Positions 49,201-59,187 of a stretch of 64,000 nucleotides of DNA are shown piece after piece; positions within the stretch are counted from its first letter, which is position 1; every line of letters begins with the position of its first letter. Location: assembly GCA_965223865.1 (NCBI GenBank), contig OZ245020.1:1440001-1504000 (forward strand). The letters are read 5' to 3'. The notes beneath the pieces were generated by a model that saw only the letters and a list, made by a program, of their open reading frames with translations, ran no database searches and had not been told where the DNA came from. The translations under genes and the position numbers were made by a program. Source of the DNA: Nitrosarchaeum sp. Its GTDB lineage: Archaea; Thermoproteota; Nitrososphaeria; Nitrososphaerales; Nitrosopumilaceae.

Positions 49201-50475
49201 TGAACAGTTGTCTCCTCCTGTAAGCTCATACATCTTGATTCGATTATTTTCACTATCTACCACATAGAGCGTTTTGCCGTCATTACTTATTGCAAGATCT
49301 GTTGGTCTATCAAACTCATCCTCATCAGTTCCTTGACTCCCAAATTCATCAGAGAATGAAAGAACATCTGATGTATCTCCTATAACTGAAAGCATTTGTA
49401 TTCGATGATTATCAGTATCTGCCACATACAACAAACCATTTGTTGTATCTATTGCTAAACCCGATGGAGAGTTGAATTTACCATCACTTGAACCAGAAGA
49501 ACCAAATTCTTCTACAAAGCATACTCCGTCAATAATCTCATCAGTTCCACTTGGACATGTATTGCCAGATACTATCTCAAAGACCTGTACTCTATGATTT
49601 TCAGTATCTGCCACATACAACAAGTTATCATCTTCATCAAATGCCAAACCTGCTGGTTCATCAAATCTACCCTCAGCTGAACCTGAAGAACCAAAATTAT
49701 CTACAAAGCATACCTGATCATTGACAATCTCATCAGTTCCACTTGGGCAGTTGTCTCCATTTGTCAGCTCAAATATCTGAATTCTATGATTTTCAGTATC
49801 TGCCACATACAACATGCTATTGTCCTCATCAATTACCATACCTGAGGGATTTCTAAATTCATCATTACTTGAACCAGTATCCCCAAAATTAAACTGAAAA
49901 TCACCGTCATCATCAAAAACAGAGATAGAGTCAGTGGTAGAATCAGCCACATAGACATAATCAGATTTTTTGTGTATTGCAATTGCGCTAGGTGAACCCA
50001 GATATTCATCATCGCCGCTGTCAGATGAACCAAACTCTAGATTATCATAGTCACCATCTGATTGGAATCTTTGAACACGGTTGTTATCTGAATCCACAAC
50101 ATAGATGTCTCCATTGTCTTTGTTAATTGCCAAATCAGTGGGCATGTCAAATCTGCCATCACTAGAACCAGAACTACCAAAGATTTCATCAAAACATACC
50201 TCATCGTCTATAATCTCATCATTCCCACTTGAACAGTTGTCTCCTCCTGTAAGCTCATACATCTTGATTCGATTATTTTCACTATCTACCACATAGAGCG
50301 TTTTGCCGTCATTACTTATTGCAAGATCTGTTGGTCTATCAAACTCATCCTCATCAGTTCCTTGACTCCCAAATTCATCAGAGAATGAAAATTCAGCAAA
50401 AGAAAATTGAGAGTAAGCAAATACGCCTAATACCAATGAACCAAATAGCAAGCAAAATAGCGCACTTCTAACCAA
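46285..50475 (-). CDS. Surface protein: 2x NHL beta-propeller, 3x FN3, Ig-like domain, CFI-box-CTERM
   Basis: F..P.GLA.D...LYVADT.NHRIQ repeats; FN3 motifs; GEFTWTP; GGGCLIATATYGSE tail. Confidence 0.93.
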   Translation of the reverse strand: MVRSALFCLLFGSLVLGVFAYSQFSFAEFSFSDEFGSQGTDEDEFDRPTDLAISNDGKTLYVVDSENNRIKMYELTGGDNCSSGNDEIIDDEVCFDEIFGSSGSSDGRFDMPTDLAINKDNGDIYVVDSDNNRVQRFQSDGDYDNLEFGSSDSGDDEYLGSPSAIAIHKKSDYVYVADSTTDSISVFDDDGDFQFNFGDTGSSNDEFRNPSGMVIDEDNSMLYVADTENHRIQIFELTNGDNCPSGTDEIVNDQVCFVDNFGSSGSAEGRFDEPAGLAFDEDDNLLYVADTENHRVQVFEIVSGNTCPSGTDEIIDGVCFVEEFGSSGSSDGKFNSPSGLAIDTTNGLLYVADTDNHRIQMLSVIGDTSDVLSFSDEFGSQGTDEDEFDRPTDLAISNDGKTLYVVDSENNRIKMYELTGGDNCSSGNDEIIDDEVCFDEIFGSSGSSDGRFDMPTDLAINKDNGDIYVVDSDNNRVQRFQSDGDYDNLEFGSSDSGDDEYLGSPSAIAIHKKSDYVYVADSTTDSISVFDDDGDFQFNFGDTGSSNDEFRNPSGMVIDEDNSMLYVADTENHRIQIFELTNGDNCPSGTDEIVNDQVCFVDNFGSSGSAEGRFDEPAGLAFDEDDNLLYVADTENHRVQVFEIVSGNTCPSGTDEIIDGVCFVEEFGSSGSSDGKFNSPSGLAIDTTNGLLYVADTDNHRIQMLSVPGGASSNGGGSSSNDVPPAPKGLKASEASQTSIIITWDAPELDEDVSEITGYKIEVREGSGSYTTIVGDTMNTATSYLHTGLEEGETYRYRVYAINSEGTSGASSTVSAKPGPTQSPAGLTAIPISKNQILLSWLPPTETFKQSITGYVIEREIIEDILYEDVARIGGSTTTYTVSGLETDKTYSYVVTANLSVGSTPKSNVASATPTEDSKPPTSTDPVTIPTQPRSLNAVATSSEIQISWKAPSSDGNSKITGYKIEVQRDSDAFSILESNTKSTSTSYVDSNVQIDSTYTYKISAINSVGTSTASEVSATPKEAILEISPMGKFTINEKQVLRFTVKTTESLEDVIFRLEKNPSGSSINSKTGEFTWTPSSSQGGKSYVFDIVAKKEAMTDKQPVTITVNDVKESEPTKEPEPTKEPEPTEPKEPESKDLGLAPFVDETKDPQYYVDRYNNEPSYKEWFDENYPEYTSIYQAVGLEEPVEIPAFVDPNQDPQYYVDRYNNEPSYKEWFDENYPEYTSIYQAVGLDEPKEEPRPEPKIGQCGPGTELINGKCELVEQSEGGGCLIATATYGSEMAPQVQFLREIRDNKVMSTESGASFMTWFNQAYYSFSPSIADYERENPAFKELVKIGIIPMLSSLSIMSMADSEEEILGYGIGVILMNLGMYVAAPAMMFYGGRKIITEFTNKK
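46774..47027. repeat. ~107-bp direct repeat, 147-bp period
   Basis: Encodes DPQYYVDRYNNEPSYKEWFDENYPEYTSIYQAVGL twice. Confidence 0.9.
48355..50390. repeat. ~1007-bp direct duplication, 1029-bp period
   Basis: 48355-49361 matches 49384-50390; identical shadow ORFs recur at offset 1029. Confidence 0.95.
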
Positions 50476-50663
50476 TATACTTTTAAAAAATAAAATAAGA
50501 TGTTATTAAAAACTAGGATCAATTTTAACACATCATTAGAAGAATGGTCTTGACTTCTTTTATGTTGAATTTTATTTATTGAAAATTAAGATTTTAATAA
50601 ATTTTGGAATCTTGTAAATTAATATACCCGATGTTATCAGATTAACGAGTTGTCAGTAGTTAA

Positions 50664-50897
50664 TCAAGATGCAAATTTATCTTTGGGATCAATTTCTAAT
50701 GATTTGTTAAAGCATTCTAATGCTTCTTGGCATCTCCCAAGACTTCTTAATGTAACACCTTTGAAATTCCAAAGTTCAGGATCATTTTGATTCAAAAGAA
50801 TTGCTTGCTCAAAACAGGCCAGTGCATCATCAAATTTTCCTTCTTCGAGAAAAGATTTACCTTTGGTAATCAAATCATCATTTTGACCCATTAACAT
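50664..50897 (-). CDS. Small TPR protein
   Basis: Two TPR units. Confidence 0.85.
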   Translation of the reverse strand: MLMGQNDDLITKGKSFLEEGKFDDALACFEQAILLNQNDPELWNFKGVTLRSLGRCQEALECFNKSLEIDPKDKFAS

Positions 50898-51006
50898 AGT
50901 TGGGTTCCATTTTTATTAAATTTGAACAAATTGACATTTTTAAAATTAAACAAATTTTAATTAATCGTCTTAAAATTTAAATGCATTTTTAACAATAAGA
51001 GAATAA

Positions 51007-51450
51007 ATGAATCTAGATGAAACAGATGAGAAAATTCTTAAAAATTTACTGGTAGATGCAAAACTATCAGCAAGACAATTGTCATTAAAACTTGGCATGT
51101 CAACTGTGACAGTTTTATCAAGAATAAAAAAATTAGAAAAAGAGCATATCATCAAAGGATATACTGTAATTATAGACCATGAAAAGATAGGTTATAACAT
51201 TACAGCAATAATAGAAATCGTTGCAAAAAAAGACAAAATTGTAGACATCGAAGAAGAATTGGCAAAAATCGAAAATGTGTGTGGTGTATATGACATTACA
51301 GGAAGTACGGACACTGTAATTATCACAAAATTCAAAGAACGTAATGAGTTAAGTGAATTTATCAAAGGATTATCTACAATACCTAATGTGGAAAATACAA
51401 TTACGCATGTTGTCTTAAACACAGCCAAAGAAGATTTTAGATTATTTTAG
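51007..51450 (+). CDS. Lrp/AsnC-family transcriptional regulator
   Basis: LDETDEKIL...RIKKLE...GY; YDITGSTD. Confidence 0.95.
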   Translation: MNLDETDEKILKNLLVDAKLSARQLSLKLGMSTVTVLSRIKKLEKEHIIKGYTVIIDHEKIGYNITAIIEIVAKKDKIVDIEEELAKIENVCGVYDITGSTDTVIITKFKERNELSEFIKGLSTIPNVENTITHVVLNTAKEDFRLF

Positions 51451-51454
51451 AAAA

Positions 51455-52024
51455 ATGAAATATTCTACTTTTTTAATATTTGGAATAATTTTATTCGGAA
51501 CACTACAATTTGTTTCAGCACAAATGGCAGAATCAGAAAAAGAATTAGAAATGAAATTAGTTGTTTCAGATGAAGAAAAAATTATTTTGTTTGGAGGATT
51601 TGCAATTGCTATAATTGCAATTTTTTTGTTTCTTGCAAGAGATATAATTCTAAGGAAAAAGACATCTTATGATTCAGAAGATCTTGAATCGAAGAAAGAC
51701 AAAACATATGAAAAATATCATTCTGATTGGTCTGACGATTATGAAGAATTAGGAACTAGAAAAAACACAAAAGAGGATAAGGAATTCAGGGAAGCATCAG
51801 AGAATTCAACTCTTCCAAATTATTATAAAATTTTAGAGATATCTCAAGATGCCACACAAGAAGAAGTAAAAAACCAATACAGAAAATTAGCAAAGAAAAC
51901 TCATCCAGATAAGACAAAAGATAAGGAAACAGAAAACAGCATGATCGAAATAAACAAGGCATATGAAATCTTGTCAGATGAAGAACTTCGAGAAAAATAT
52001 GACAAGTATTTTAAATCAAGCTAG
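51455..52024 (+). CDS. Membrane protein with C-terminal J domain
   Basis: YYKILEI...HPD...INKAYEILSD. Confidence 0.88.
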   Translation: MKYSTFLIFGIILFGTLQFVSAQMAESEKELEMKLVVSDEEKIILFGGFAIAIIAIFLFLARDIILRKKTSYDSEDLESKKDKTYEKYHSDWSDDYEELGTRKNTKEDKEFREASENSTLPNYYKILEISQDATQEEVKNQYRKLAKKTHPDKTKDKETENSMIEINKAYEILSDEELREKYDKYFKSS

Positions 52025-52482
52025 TCAGAGTCCAATTTTACCAGAATCATATTCAATTCAATTTTGGAGGAATTTTGCATACTATTTATCAAGTTTGTAA
52101 ATAATGACAAATTTTTCTTCTCACCATTTAGACTGATTTGAGTGGTGATTTTGATTTCATCAAAGTCAGTGTTGGGTCCAAGCATTGTTTTTGATAGTAG
52201 AGGAACAATTGACAAGTCTTTAATAATTCCTTTAATTTTGTAAGCAAATTTGTCGGAAAAGTATGCATCTCCTCTTGTTGTAGGAGCGTTTACAGGTATA
52301 GGAGAATTCATGATTGAAACATCCTCAAGAGAATATTGTAAATTATTCAAATGTAAGTGATATCTCAGAGGGGTTTTTTCTTGTATTTTCATAAGAGAGT
52401 TTAGTAGATCAAGGTCAACTGACATCATTAAAAATAAAAACATAATTCTATTGAGTGTTTCGTAAAATGTATAATATTTCAT
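52021..52482 (-). CDS. Hypothetical protein
   Basis: 153-aa ORF, start probably at MMSVD. Confidence 0.65.
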   Translation of the reverse strand: MKYYTFYETLNRIMFLFLMMSVDLDLLNSLMKIQEKTPLRYHLHLNNLQYSLEDVSIMNSPIPVNAPTTRGDAYFSDKFAYKIKGIIKDLSIVPLLSKTMLGPNTDFDEIKITTQISLNGEKKNLSLFTNLINSMQNSSKIELNMILVKLDSD

Positions 52483-52700
52483 TTTTCATATAAAATTTTC
52501 AGATGGAAGCTTTGGATTTACAATGAATTAAGAGGGATATAAAACAGGAATTACAATATTTTGGTAGTCATGAAATTATTTTATGTATATTACAATAAGA
52601 ACGATTACTTGTCTGAATTGTTAGAAAAAACCAATTTCAGCCAGAGTCAGATGTTTGATATCATCATAATTGCTAAATATTTCCATCAGTATGATTTTCT

Positions 52701-53558
52701 ATGACCAAGTTTTTTGGATATTTAATCATTGTAATTTTGTCAATGCTTCTAACTGTTCCATTATCATCTTCAATTTATGCGCAAGATTATGATATTCCCA
52801 ATATGGAGAATTTTGAAGTTCCTAGCCAAGAAGAAATTAAAGCAATGATGGAAACAAAGAGGGTTAGTGGAAAATACACCAATTTTATGCATCAAGTTGA
52901 AGTAACGTTTCCAGTAGGATGGAGCGGTATGGAGTCAAATCATAAAGATAGTGGAACTCAAACTTTGACAACCTCTGTTGCTGTAATGCATGGGGGAATT
53001 CAGGCAAACATGAACTCCATGCAAGAAAGAAAATTCAACATTATTGTTCTAAGCATAATGGACAAAATAGAAGGCGAACCGGCACCACCAGATTTTGAAC
53101 CACCAACTGAAGCTCAAGAGTATGAGTCAGGTTGTGCCATAGTAGAAACTGAAAAAATCAAAGTAAACAACATGCATTCGTATAAATCCACGATCAAATG
53201 TGAGGGGGATGGAATACCCATTAAAGCAAAGACACATCACTTCAATACTGAAGATAAATGGATAATACTTGCTTATGCAGCATCGCCTTCTTCAGAATTT
53301 GATAAAGATGCGTCAAAGTATGATTCTACTGTAAGTACAATAAAAATTGCCAATTCAATTGATATCGATTATGATTTTAAATTACCAGGAGAGGGCTATG
53401 CAGAATCTCCCACAACAAAAACTCCGATGGACAAAACTTCAGCAGTACCAGAATGGATTAAAAATAATGCATCCTGGTGGGCATCCGAACAAATTGATGA
53501 TAACGCATTCGTTCAAGGAATTCAATATCTTGTTAAAAATCACATAATTCAAGTTTAG
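52701..53558 (+). CDS. Secreted protein with thaumarchaeal P.WIKNNA.WW C-terminal module
   Basis: Signal peptide; VPEWIKNNASWWASEQIDDNAFVQGIQYL. Confidence 0.85.
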   Translation: MTKFFGYLIIVILSMLLTVPLSSSIYAQDYDIPNMENFEVPSQEEIKAMMETKRVSGKYTNFMHQVEVTFPVGWSGMESNHKDSGTQTLTTSVAVMHGGIQANMNSMQERKFNIIVLSIMDKIEGEPAPPDFEPPTEAQEYESGCAIVETEKIKVNNMHSYKSTIKCEGDGIPIKAKTHHFNTEDKWIILAYAASPSSEFDKDASKYDSTVSTIKIANSIDIDYDFKLPGEGYAESPTTKTPMDKTSAVPEWIKNNASWWASEQIDDNAFVQGIQYLVKNHIIQV

Positions 53559-53990
53559 AGTTCTAAATAAGGTTTAGAAAAAAGAAAACATCACCATGAT
53601 TTTAGTAAAAACAAGAACAGTGTTTCTAACATCAAATCAACAGAAAAATTACATATAATTGATGAATTTTTTAGGTTCTTTCTTCTTGTATCAATATGAT
53701 GAATTAGTAAAGGGATTTCTAGCCTGACGGTGTATCAGATTTGTCACAACATATTAGGTAAATGTAAAACAGGTTTGTAACAAGATTATTTTTTAAGTAA
53801 AAGTGATCATCACAAAAAAGCTGATCTAAATCTCAAGGCAGTACAATTTTGAATGTTATGCAGAAATGCAAAAAATTCTATTGAATCTTTCTAGAGCAGT
53901 AAAATTCTAGTAGATTTTTCATAATTTCTCACATAGATTTTCAAAAATTAGGCATACATCTTTAAAAATAGGAAGAATAACTTTGAATTA

Positions 53991-55316
53991 TTGCAAGAAT
54001 TTGCTACGCCACACACAATGAGAAATGAGATTCTAAGTCTTATGGTGGAGAGTGGAATAGAAGAAGATTGCTTTGCTGAGATGCTAGATTACACAATAGA
54101 ATTATTTGAAACCCAGGGACTTGGAACTGATTACTATGGTTACCACAATATCAATCATGAACTAGAGGTCACATATGTTTCGCTCTTGGCTGCAAATTTG
54201 AATGATGATGGGTTGAGAAAATTCTCCAAAGAAGATTTAAAATATCTCTATACAGCTGCGTTGTTTCATGATTTTGATCCTCAAAAGAATGTAGATAAAC
54301 CACATGAAGAAAGCGTAATAAAATTTATTTCAATGGATAAAAAATTACGTGGACTTTTAGAAGAAGCAAAATTAGATTTAGAAATTATAAAAGTATTGAT
54401 TTTAAGAACAACATATCCATGGAGTGGACAACTAAAGGAAAATACTGAAAGACAGATAAAAGATTGTTTTAGGAATTCAGAATTGACAAGAAATAATGAG
54501 CAGTATCAAGAAGAAATAATGAGATTAGGATGGTTTCTATCAGTAGCAGACAGAATTAGTGGATATGCCTTGGGAGATTTTTCAAAGGCTATGGAAATAG
54601 CCAAGATGAATGCACATGCATTAGCATGGAGACCTTCATTAATTGTTAGAAGTTCCGTTGCGTATTTTGAAGAATTGCTCAATAGGGAAACAGATATGTC
54701 TAAAACAATTTTAAAAGCTCTGCCAAAACATATGAGAAAAAATTTTTTTGACACTGTGCTTTCATTTATGAATATACGACAGCAAGAAATTTCAATTCAG
54801 GCAAATTATGCATATGAAGATTTGAAGTTAATTCCAACGATAGAAAAAATGCCAACTAGAACAGACCCCCAATTTATCAAATCACTTTATTCTATATTTT
54901 TAGAATTACCAACTCCTCTGCAATTTAACAAGCAGCAATTTGAAGAATCAGTAAAAGATCCAAATGTAATTTTAAACACACTAAGAATTAATGATTGTAA
55001 AGGAGAAATAGTTGGATTTGCAAAAGGAGGCCCACTGGAAAGTTACCAGTTGAGACCAGAAATAAGAGATGAGAATTATGGTTTAAGCAACACAGTATTT
55101 CTTGAACCATTAGCTCTAAAAATGGGATACTGGGGGTTAAGGGGAGGAAGTGAGATGAGACACTTGTTTATCATGCAGGCACATTCCAAAAAATACAGGC
55201 ATCTGACAAGCTTTGCCTTAAGAGATGTTATTCGAGCCAGAGTCACTAAAGAAAATGCCGAGTTTGTAACCCTATTTGATCCTGAACGCTGGGATTACTA
55301 TAGAATTAAAATTTAA
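53991..55316 (+). CDS. HD-domain protein with GNAT-like C-terminal region
   Basis: YHNINH...LFHD...HEE...AD; GEIVGF...YWG.RGGS. Confidence 0.75.
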   Translation: MQEFATPHTMRNEILSLMVESGIEEDCFAEMLDYTIELFETQGLGTDYYGYHNINHELEVTYVSLLAANLNDDGLRKFSKEDLKYLYTAALFHDFDPQKNVDKPHEESVIKFISMDKKLRGLLEEAKLDLEIIKVLILRTTYPWSGQLKENTERQIKDCFRNSELTRNNEQYQEEIMRLGWFLSVADRISGYALGDFSKAMEIAKMNAHALAWRPSLIVRSSVAYFEELLNRETDMSKTILKALPKHMRKNFFDTVLSFMNIRQQEISIQANYAYEDLKLIPTIEKMPTRTDPQFIKSLYSIFLELPTPLQFNKQQFEESVKDPNVILNTLRINDCKGEIVGFAKGGPLESYQLRPEIRDENYGLSNTVFLEPLALKMGYWGLRGGSEMRHLFIMQAHSKKYRHLTSFALRDVIRARVTKENAEFVTLFDPERWDYYRIKI

Positions 55317-55322
55317 TCATAA

Positions 55323-56786
55323 ATGAAAATTTCACAAATTAGAAAATCTTTAAAAAAAATTATCTCAGGGACAGTTCTTTGGGAAAAAGAGATTCTGAAC
55401 TATTATTCAGTAGATGCAAGTTCGTATCAAATTTTTCCTAAAGTTGTTGTTATTCCAAAAGATGAGCAAGATGTAATATCCCTAATTAAATTTGCAAAAA
55501 AAATTAGGATGTCAGTAACTGTACGAGGAGGAGGAACCGGCTTAGTTGGGAGTGCACTAAATAATGGAATAATTTTAGACCTCCGAAATTTAAATTCTAT
55601 CAAGATAAGAAAAGATTCAGCTGATGTGGAAGCAGGAGTTTTCAAAGGAATGCTCGATGTAAAATTAAAAGAAAAGGGTAAATTTTTCCCCCCAAACCCA
55701 TCTGTTGGAGCTTATTGTTCTATTGGAGGCATGTTAGGAAACAATGCCAGTGGAAGTAGAACCATAAAATACGGTAGTGTCATAGACAATGTAGAAGAAA
55801 TTACTTTTGTGAATGGAAATGGAGAAAAGATAACATTACCTGAAAACAAGAGAATAAGCGGCAAAATTGTTGCATTATCAAAAAATATTATATTTGAGAA
55901 ATTTCCCTCTGTTACAAAAAATTCATCTGGTTATAGATTAGACATTACAAAATCAAATTACGAGTCACATAAAGTTATAATCGGTTCTGAAGGCACTTTA
56001 GGAATAATACTCTCAGCTAAACTAAAAATAATAAAAATACCGAAAAAACGGGTTTTATTTATCACCGAATATCAATCATTAAAAGAGGCTGCAAAGAATT
56101 GCAAAGAGATTTTATCGACAAGTCCTTCTGCTGTGGAAATAGTAGATAAACCAACTCTAAAACAATTTCCAAAAAAATTCAGTAAAAAAACAAAATGTCT
56201 AATTTTTGTAGAATACGATTCAGACATTAAAATTAAAAAAGAAAATTTCAAAAAAATAATCACAGGCAAAATCAAAACTCAATTATCAAAAGAATCTGAG
56301 ATTAATCAATGGTGGAGATATAGAGATTCATCATTGTATTACAGTTTAAAATCAATTAAAATGAAAAAAAGAATACCACATATAATAGAAGATGCTGCAG
56401 TATCAGTTGAAAAACTAGATCAATTATTTTCACTAATTAAGAAATTAAATCAGAAATTTGGAACAAAATCTATCATGTATGGACATGCTGGAAACGCCAA
56501 CATTCATGTCAGGTTAATTTCAGATAGAAAAAAAACCAAAGAAATCAAAGAAATGGCAAAATACTATTTTGACAATGTTATACTGATGGGCGGAACTATA
56601 ACAGGAGAACATGGAGATGGTTTGGCCCGATCCGAATTTGTAAAGGTTCAGTACGGTCAAAAAAATTACCAAATTTTTAAGGAATTAAAGAGATTTTTCG
56701 ATCCACAGAATGTGTTAAATCCAGGTAAAATCATTAGTAATAAAAGCACAATTATTGGGAATTTAGAAAATTTTGATAAAGTTTGA
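55323..56786 (+). CDS. FAD-linked oxidase (GlcD/D-lactate dehydrogenase family)
   Basis: RGGGTG, GSEGTLG, GHAGNANIH, GEHGDG, LNPGK. Confidence 0.92.
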   Translation: MKISQIRKSLKKIISGTVLWEKEILNYYSVDASSYQIFPKVVVIPKDEQDVISLIKFAKKIRMSVTVRGGGTGLVGSALNNGIILDLRNLNSIKIRKDSADVEAGVFKGMLDVKLKEKGKFFPPNPSVGAYCSIGGMLGNNASGSRTIKYGSVIDNVEEITFVNGNGEKITLPENKRISGKIVALSKNIIFEKFPSVTKNSSGYRLDITKSNYESHKVIIGSEGTLGIILSAKLKIIKIPKKRVLFITEYQSLKEAAKNCKEILSTSPSAVEIVDKPTLKQFPKKFSKKTKCLIFVEYDSDIKIKKENFKKIITGKIKTQLSKESEINQWWRYRDSSLYYSLKSIKMKKRIPHIIEDAAVSVEKLDQLFSLIKKLNQKFGTKSIMYGHAGNANIHVRLISDRKKTKEIKEMAKYYFDNVILMGGTITGEHGDGLARSEFVKVQYGQKNYQIFKELKRFFDPQNVLNPGKIISNKSTIIGNLENFDKV

Positions 56787-56852
56787 CAAAAATGAAATTA
56801 ATTATGACGTAGAAACGCTTTATTAACAAAAAATTTTCCAAAAATCACGTAA

Positions 56853-57290
56853 ATGAAATTAACGGCAATCCCGATTAGTGTTTTAATTATCATGAGTCTA
56901 ATTGCAAACCCAATTTTTGGGTTATCTTCATTAGAAAAAGTTTCACTTAGCGAAACCGGACTAGTAAATAGAAGTGGAATACCGATAGGATCAAACGTGA
57001 ACATAAACCAACAAGCACTTGTTTCCTCAAAGATAACCAACATGCAAGATACTTCGCAAGATTTTATCTACATTGTACAAATAAAAAATGAAGATGATAT
57101 AGTGATAAAGATAGGTTGGATTACTGGAAATCTCACAAAACAACAAAAGTTTGTTCCTGCAGTTTCATGGGTTCCAACAACTCAAGGAACATTTACGGTG
57201 GAAATTTATGTTTGGGATGGTTTGGATCAAAAAAGACACAATTATGAGGCGCTAACTGACGTAGTTAAGTTTACAGTAATTTCTAGTTAG
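56853..57290 (+). CDS. Secreted Ig-like hypothetical protein
   Basis: Signal peptide; YIVQIKN...SWVP...G.F.VEIYVW. Confidence 0.75.
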   Translation: MKLTAIPISVLIIMSLIANPIFGLSSLEKVSLSETGLVNRSGIPIGSNVNINQQALVSSKITNMQDTSQDFIYIVQIKNEDDIVIKIGWITGNLTKQQKFVPAVSWVPTTQGTFTVEIYVWDGLDQKRHNYEALTDVVKFTVISS

Positions 57291-57300
57291 ACACAAAACA

Positions 57301-58339
57301 TCATTTAAGAATAGCATTTGATAATTTTTGGGATAAATACACTCCAAAAATTCCACAAAAGATTGCAGGTATAATAGTTATCAAAAAAACAGTTTCCAAT
57401 ATTTCAAAATAAACAAAATAAATCATACTTGGAGAAACAAGTTTTCCAAGCAAAATTTCATTGAATGTATACATCACATACGGATAGTATATCATATAAA
57501 ATACCGAGCCGAGCAATCCTCCTACTATTAATAATAACTTTGGTTTTTTGAAAGAGATCAGAATATCAGAGACTACAAATGGAATTAAATTCAAAGAATA
57601 AAAAATAATTGAATCTAACAGTGCAAAATTAGGTCCAATAGCAGTTAAACCATAAATTAAAAGAAACAATCCACCTACAATGGAAACCATTCCAAATCTA
57701 AAACCAGATAATCTAGATGTCAATAATGCAGAAAAAGAAATTAAAAAAGGATATGCAGAAGTTGCCACAATAAATCCAAATGTAGGATCTGGATTAAATT
57801 CAAAATAATCTGTATTTGAAAAAGGAAGTGAAAGGGATGAAATGATGCCTGATCCTGTCAACCATATTGGCAAAATTCCTAAAACCAATAGATAAAACGA
57901 TGGAAATTTCATAGAATAATTTGAATTTAAATATTTAGTGATGCCCAACATTCCTCCAATACTACACAAAAGCATTCCAAAAATTAACGTAAGATGAGGA
58001 GGGCTTAACAAACCATCTAGACCAAAATTAGAATGCCAAACAAAATCAAAAGGGCCGGCACCAGCAAGAAGGATAATTCCAATAAATTTTATTTTTAATG
58101 ATTTTGTATAACCAAATTTTTTTTAGGTAATTTTCTCCAGGAAACAAAAGATTGTATAAATCCAAATATGGATATGACAACACCACTGTACATCAATGCA
58201 GTGGAGGAGAAAAAAAAGATTCAGGTTTATTCAAAAGATGATTTGTTATATCCCAGCTTCCTCCCACTGTCACCAATAAAATTCCAAAACTTACAAAGAT
58301 ACTTCCAAAGACAAAAAAGTTTTCTGGAGATAATTTCAT
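57301..58339 (-). pseudogene. Multi-pass membrane protein with duplicated DxxxH...SPPH motifs, two frameshifts
   Basis: Upstream frames give SWDITNH...FFSPP(H) and FDFVWH..FGLDGLLSPPH; single-base losses near 58200 and 58120. Confidence 0.75.
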
Positions 58340-58390
58340 AAAATAAAGTTTTTCAGTAGTCATTTGATTTGTTAAATAAATTATAAAATA

Positions 58391-58984
58391 TTAGGGATTT
58401 ACATTTACCGTATAAACTAAAACGTGTTCATTCTGATGATCAAGTGTACCTGAATGTGGAAAGTGAGACAAGTTGCTTGTGTGTGGAATATCAATAGATT
58501 TTACATATATTAAAAATGGTCCGGTATCAGTAGGAGTTATTACCAAATCCAAATGGTATTTTTGCCCTGAAGGTATGGGTCGACTCATAGCTTCGATAGA
58601 TGGGTATTTTGCTGTTACTGTTTCTAAACCTCCACTATAATTTGAGCCAATCTCATCTCCAGGAATGAGTAATTTAGGAGAGTGGGTAAAATCATAACTC
58701 GCAATATTGACAATATTTTCAGTATTTTCTAATGTTGGAAACGCAGTTGAAACAATGTGAATGTCCCCATAATCATCTTGATTTTCTGAGGAAATATTCA
58801 TTCTAAATGATTCACCTAAAAATATTTCAGAATCTGACAATTCAACTTCTAAAAAAGGAGACGGATTAAATTGTTCTTTTGAAAGATATTGTTCCGGAAA
58901 AACAAAAAGAGTGATTGAAAAATAAGTTATCAGCAGTGCTGAAACAATTGAAATTAAAATAATTTTTTTCATAAAAGTTTTCAA
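58391..58984 (-). CDS. Membrane-anchored hypothetical protein
   Basis: N-terminal TM, beta-rich body. Confidence 0.75.
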   Translation of the reverse strand: MKTFMKKIILISIVSALLITYFSITLFVFPEQYLSKEQFNPSPFLEVELSDSEIFLGESFRMNISSENQDDYGDIHIVSTAFPTLENTENIVNIASYDFTHSPKLLIPGDEIGSNYSGGLETVTAKYPSIEAMSRPIPSGQKYHLDLVITPTDTGPFLIYVKSIDIPHTSNLSHFPHSGTLDHQNEHVLVYTVNVNP

Positions 58985-59187
58985 TGAATTACCAGTTAAA
59001 AAGGACAGAAAAATAAGATTATGAAATTATTGCTTATTTTTTTACAAGATTCTCACTAGAGGTATTTTGGATAAATTTTTACAACAAAGAAGTAAAAATA
59101 AACAAAATTGCGTTCAACCTAGAAAGATCTAATTGTTTAAAAAGTTTAACAAGTTCTCGCTAATAGAACCTTAGGCGTAATGAAATT

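Noticed and set aside
52618-52668. C/D-like boxes on minus strand
   Set aside because: Poor C' and D boxes, low-complexity guides, lies in a promoter region
53696-53727. C/D-box sRNA (ATGATGA...CTGA)
   Set aside because: 21-nt spacer and no second box pair
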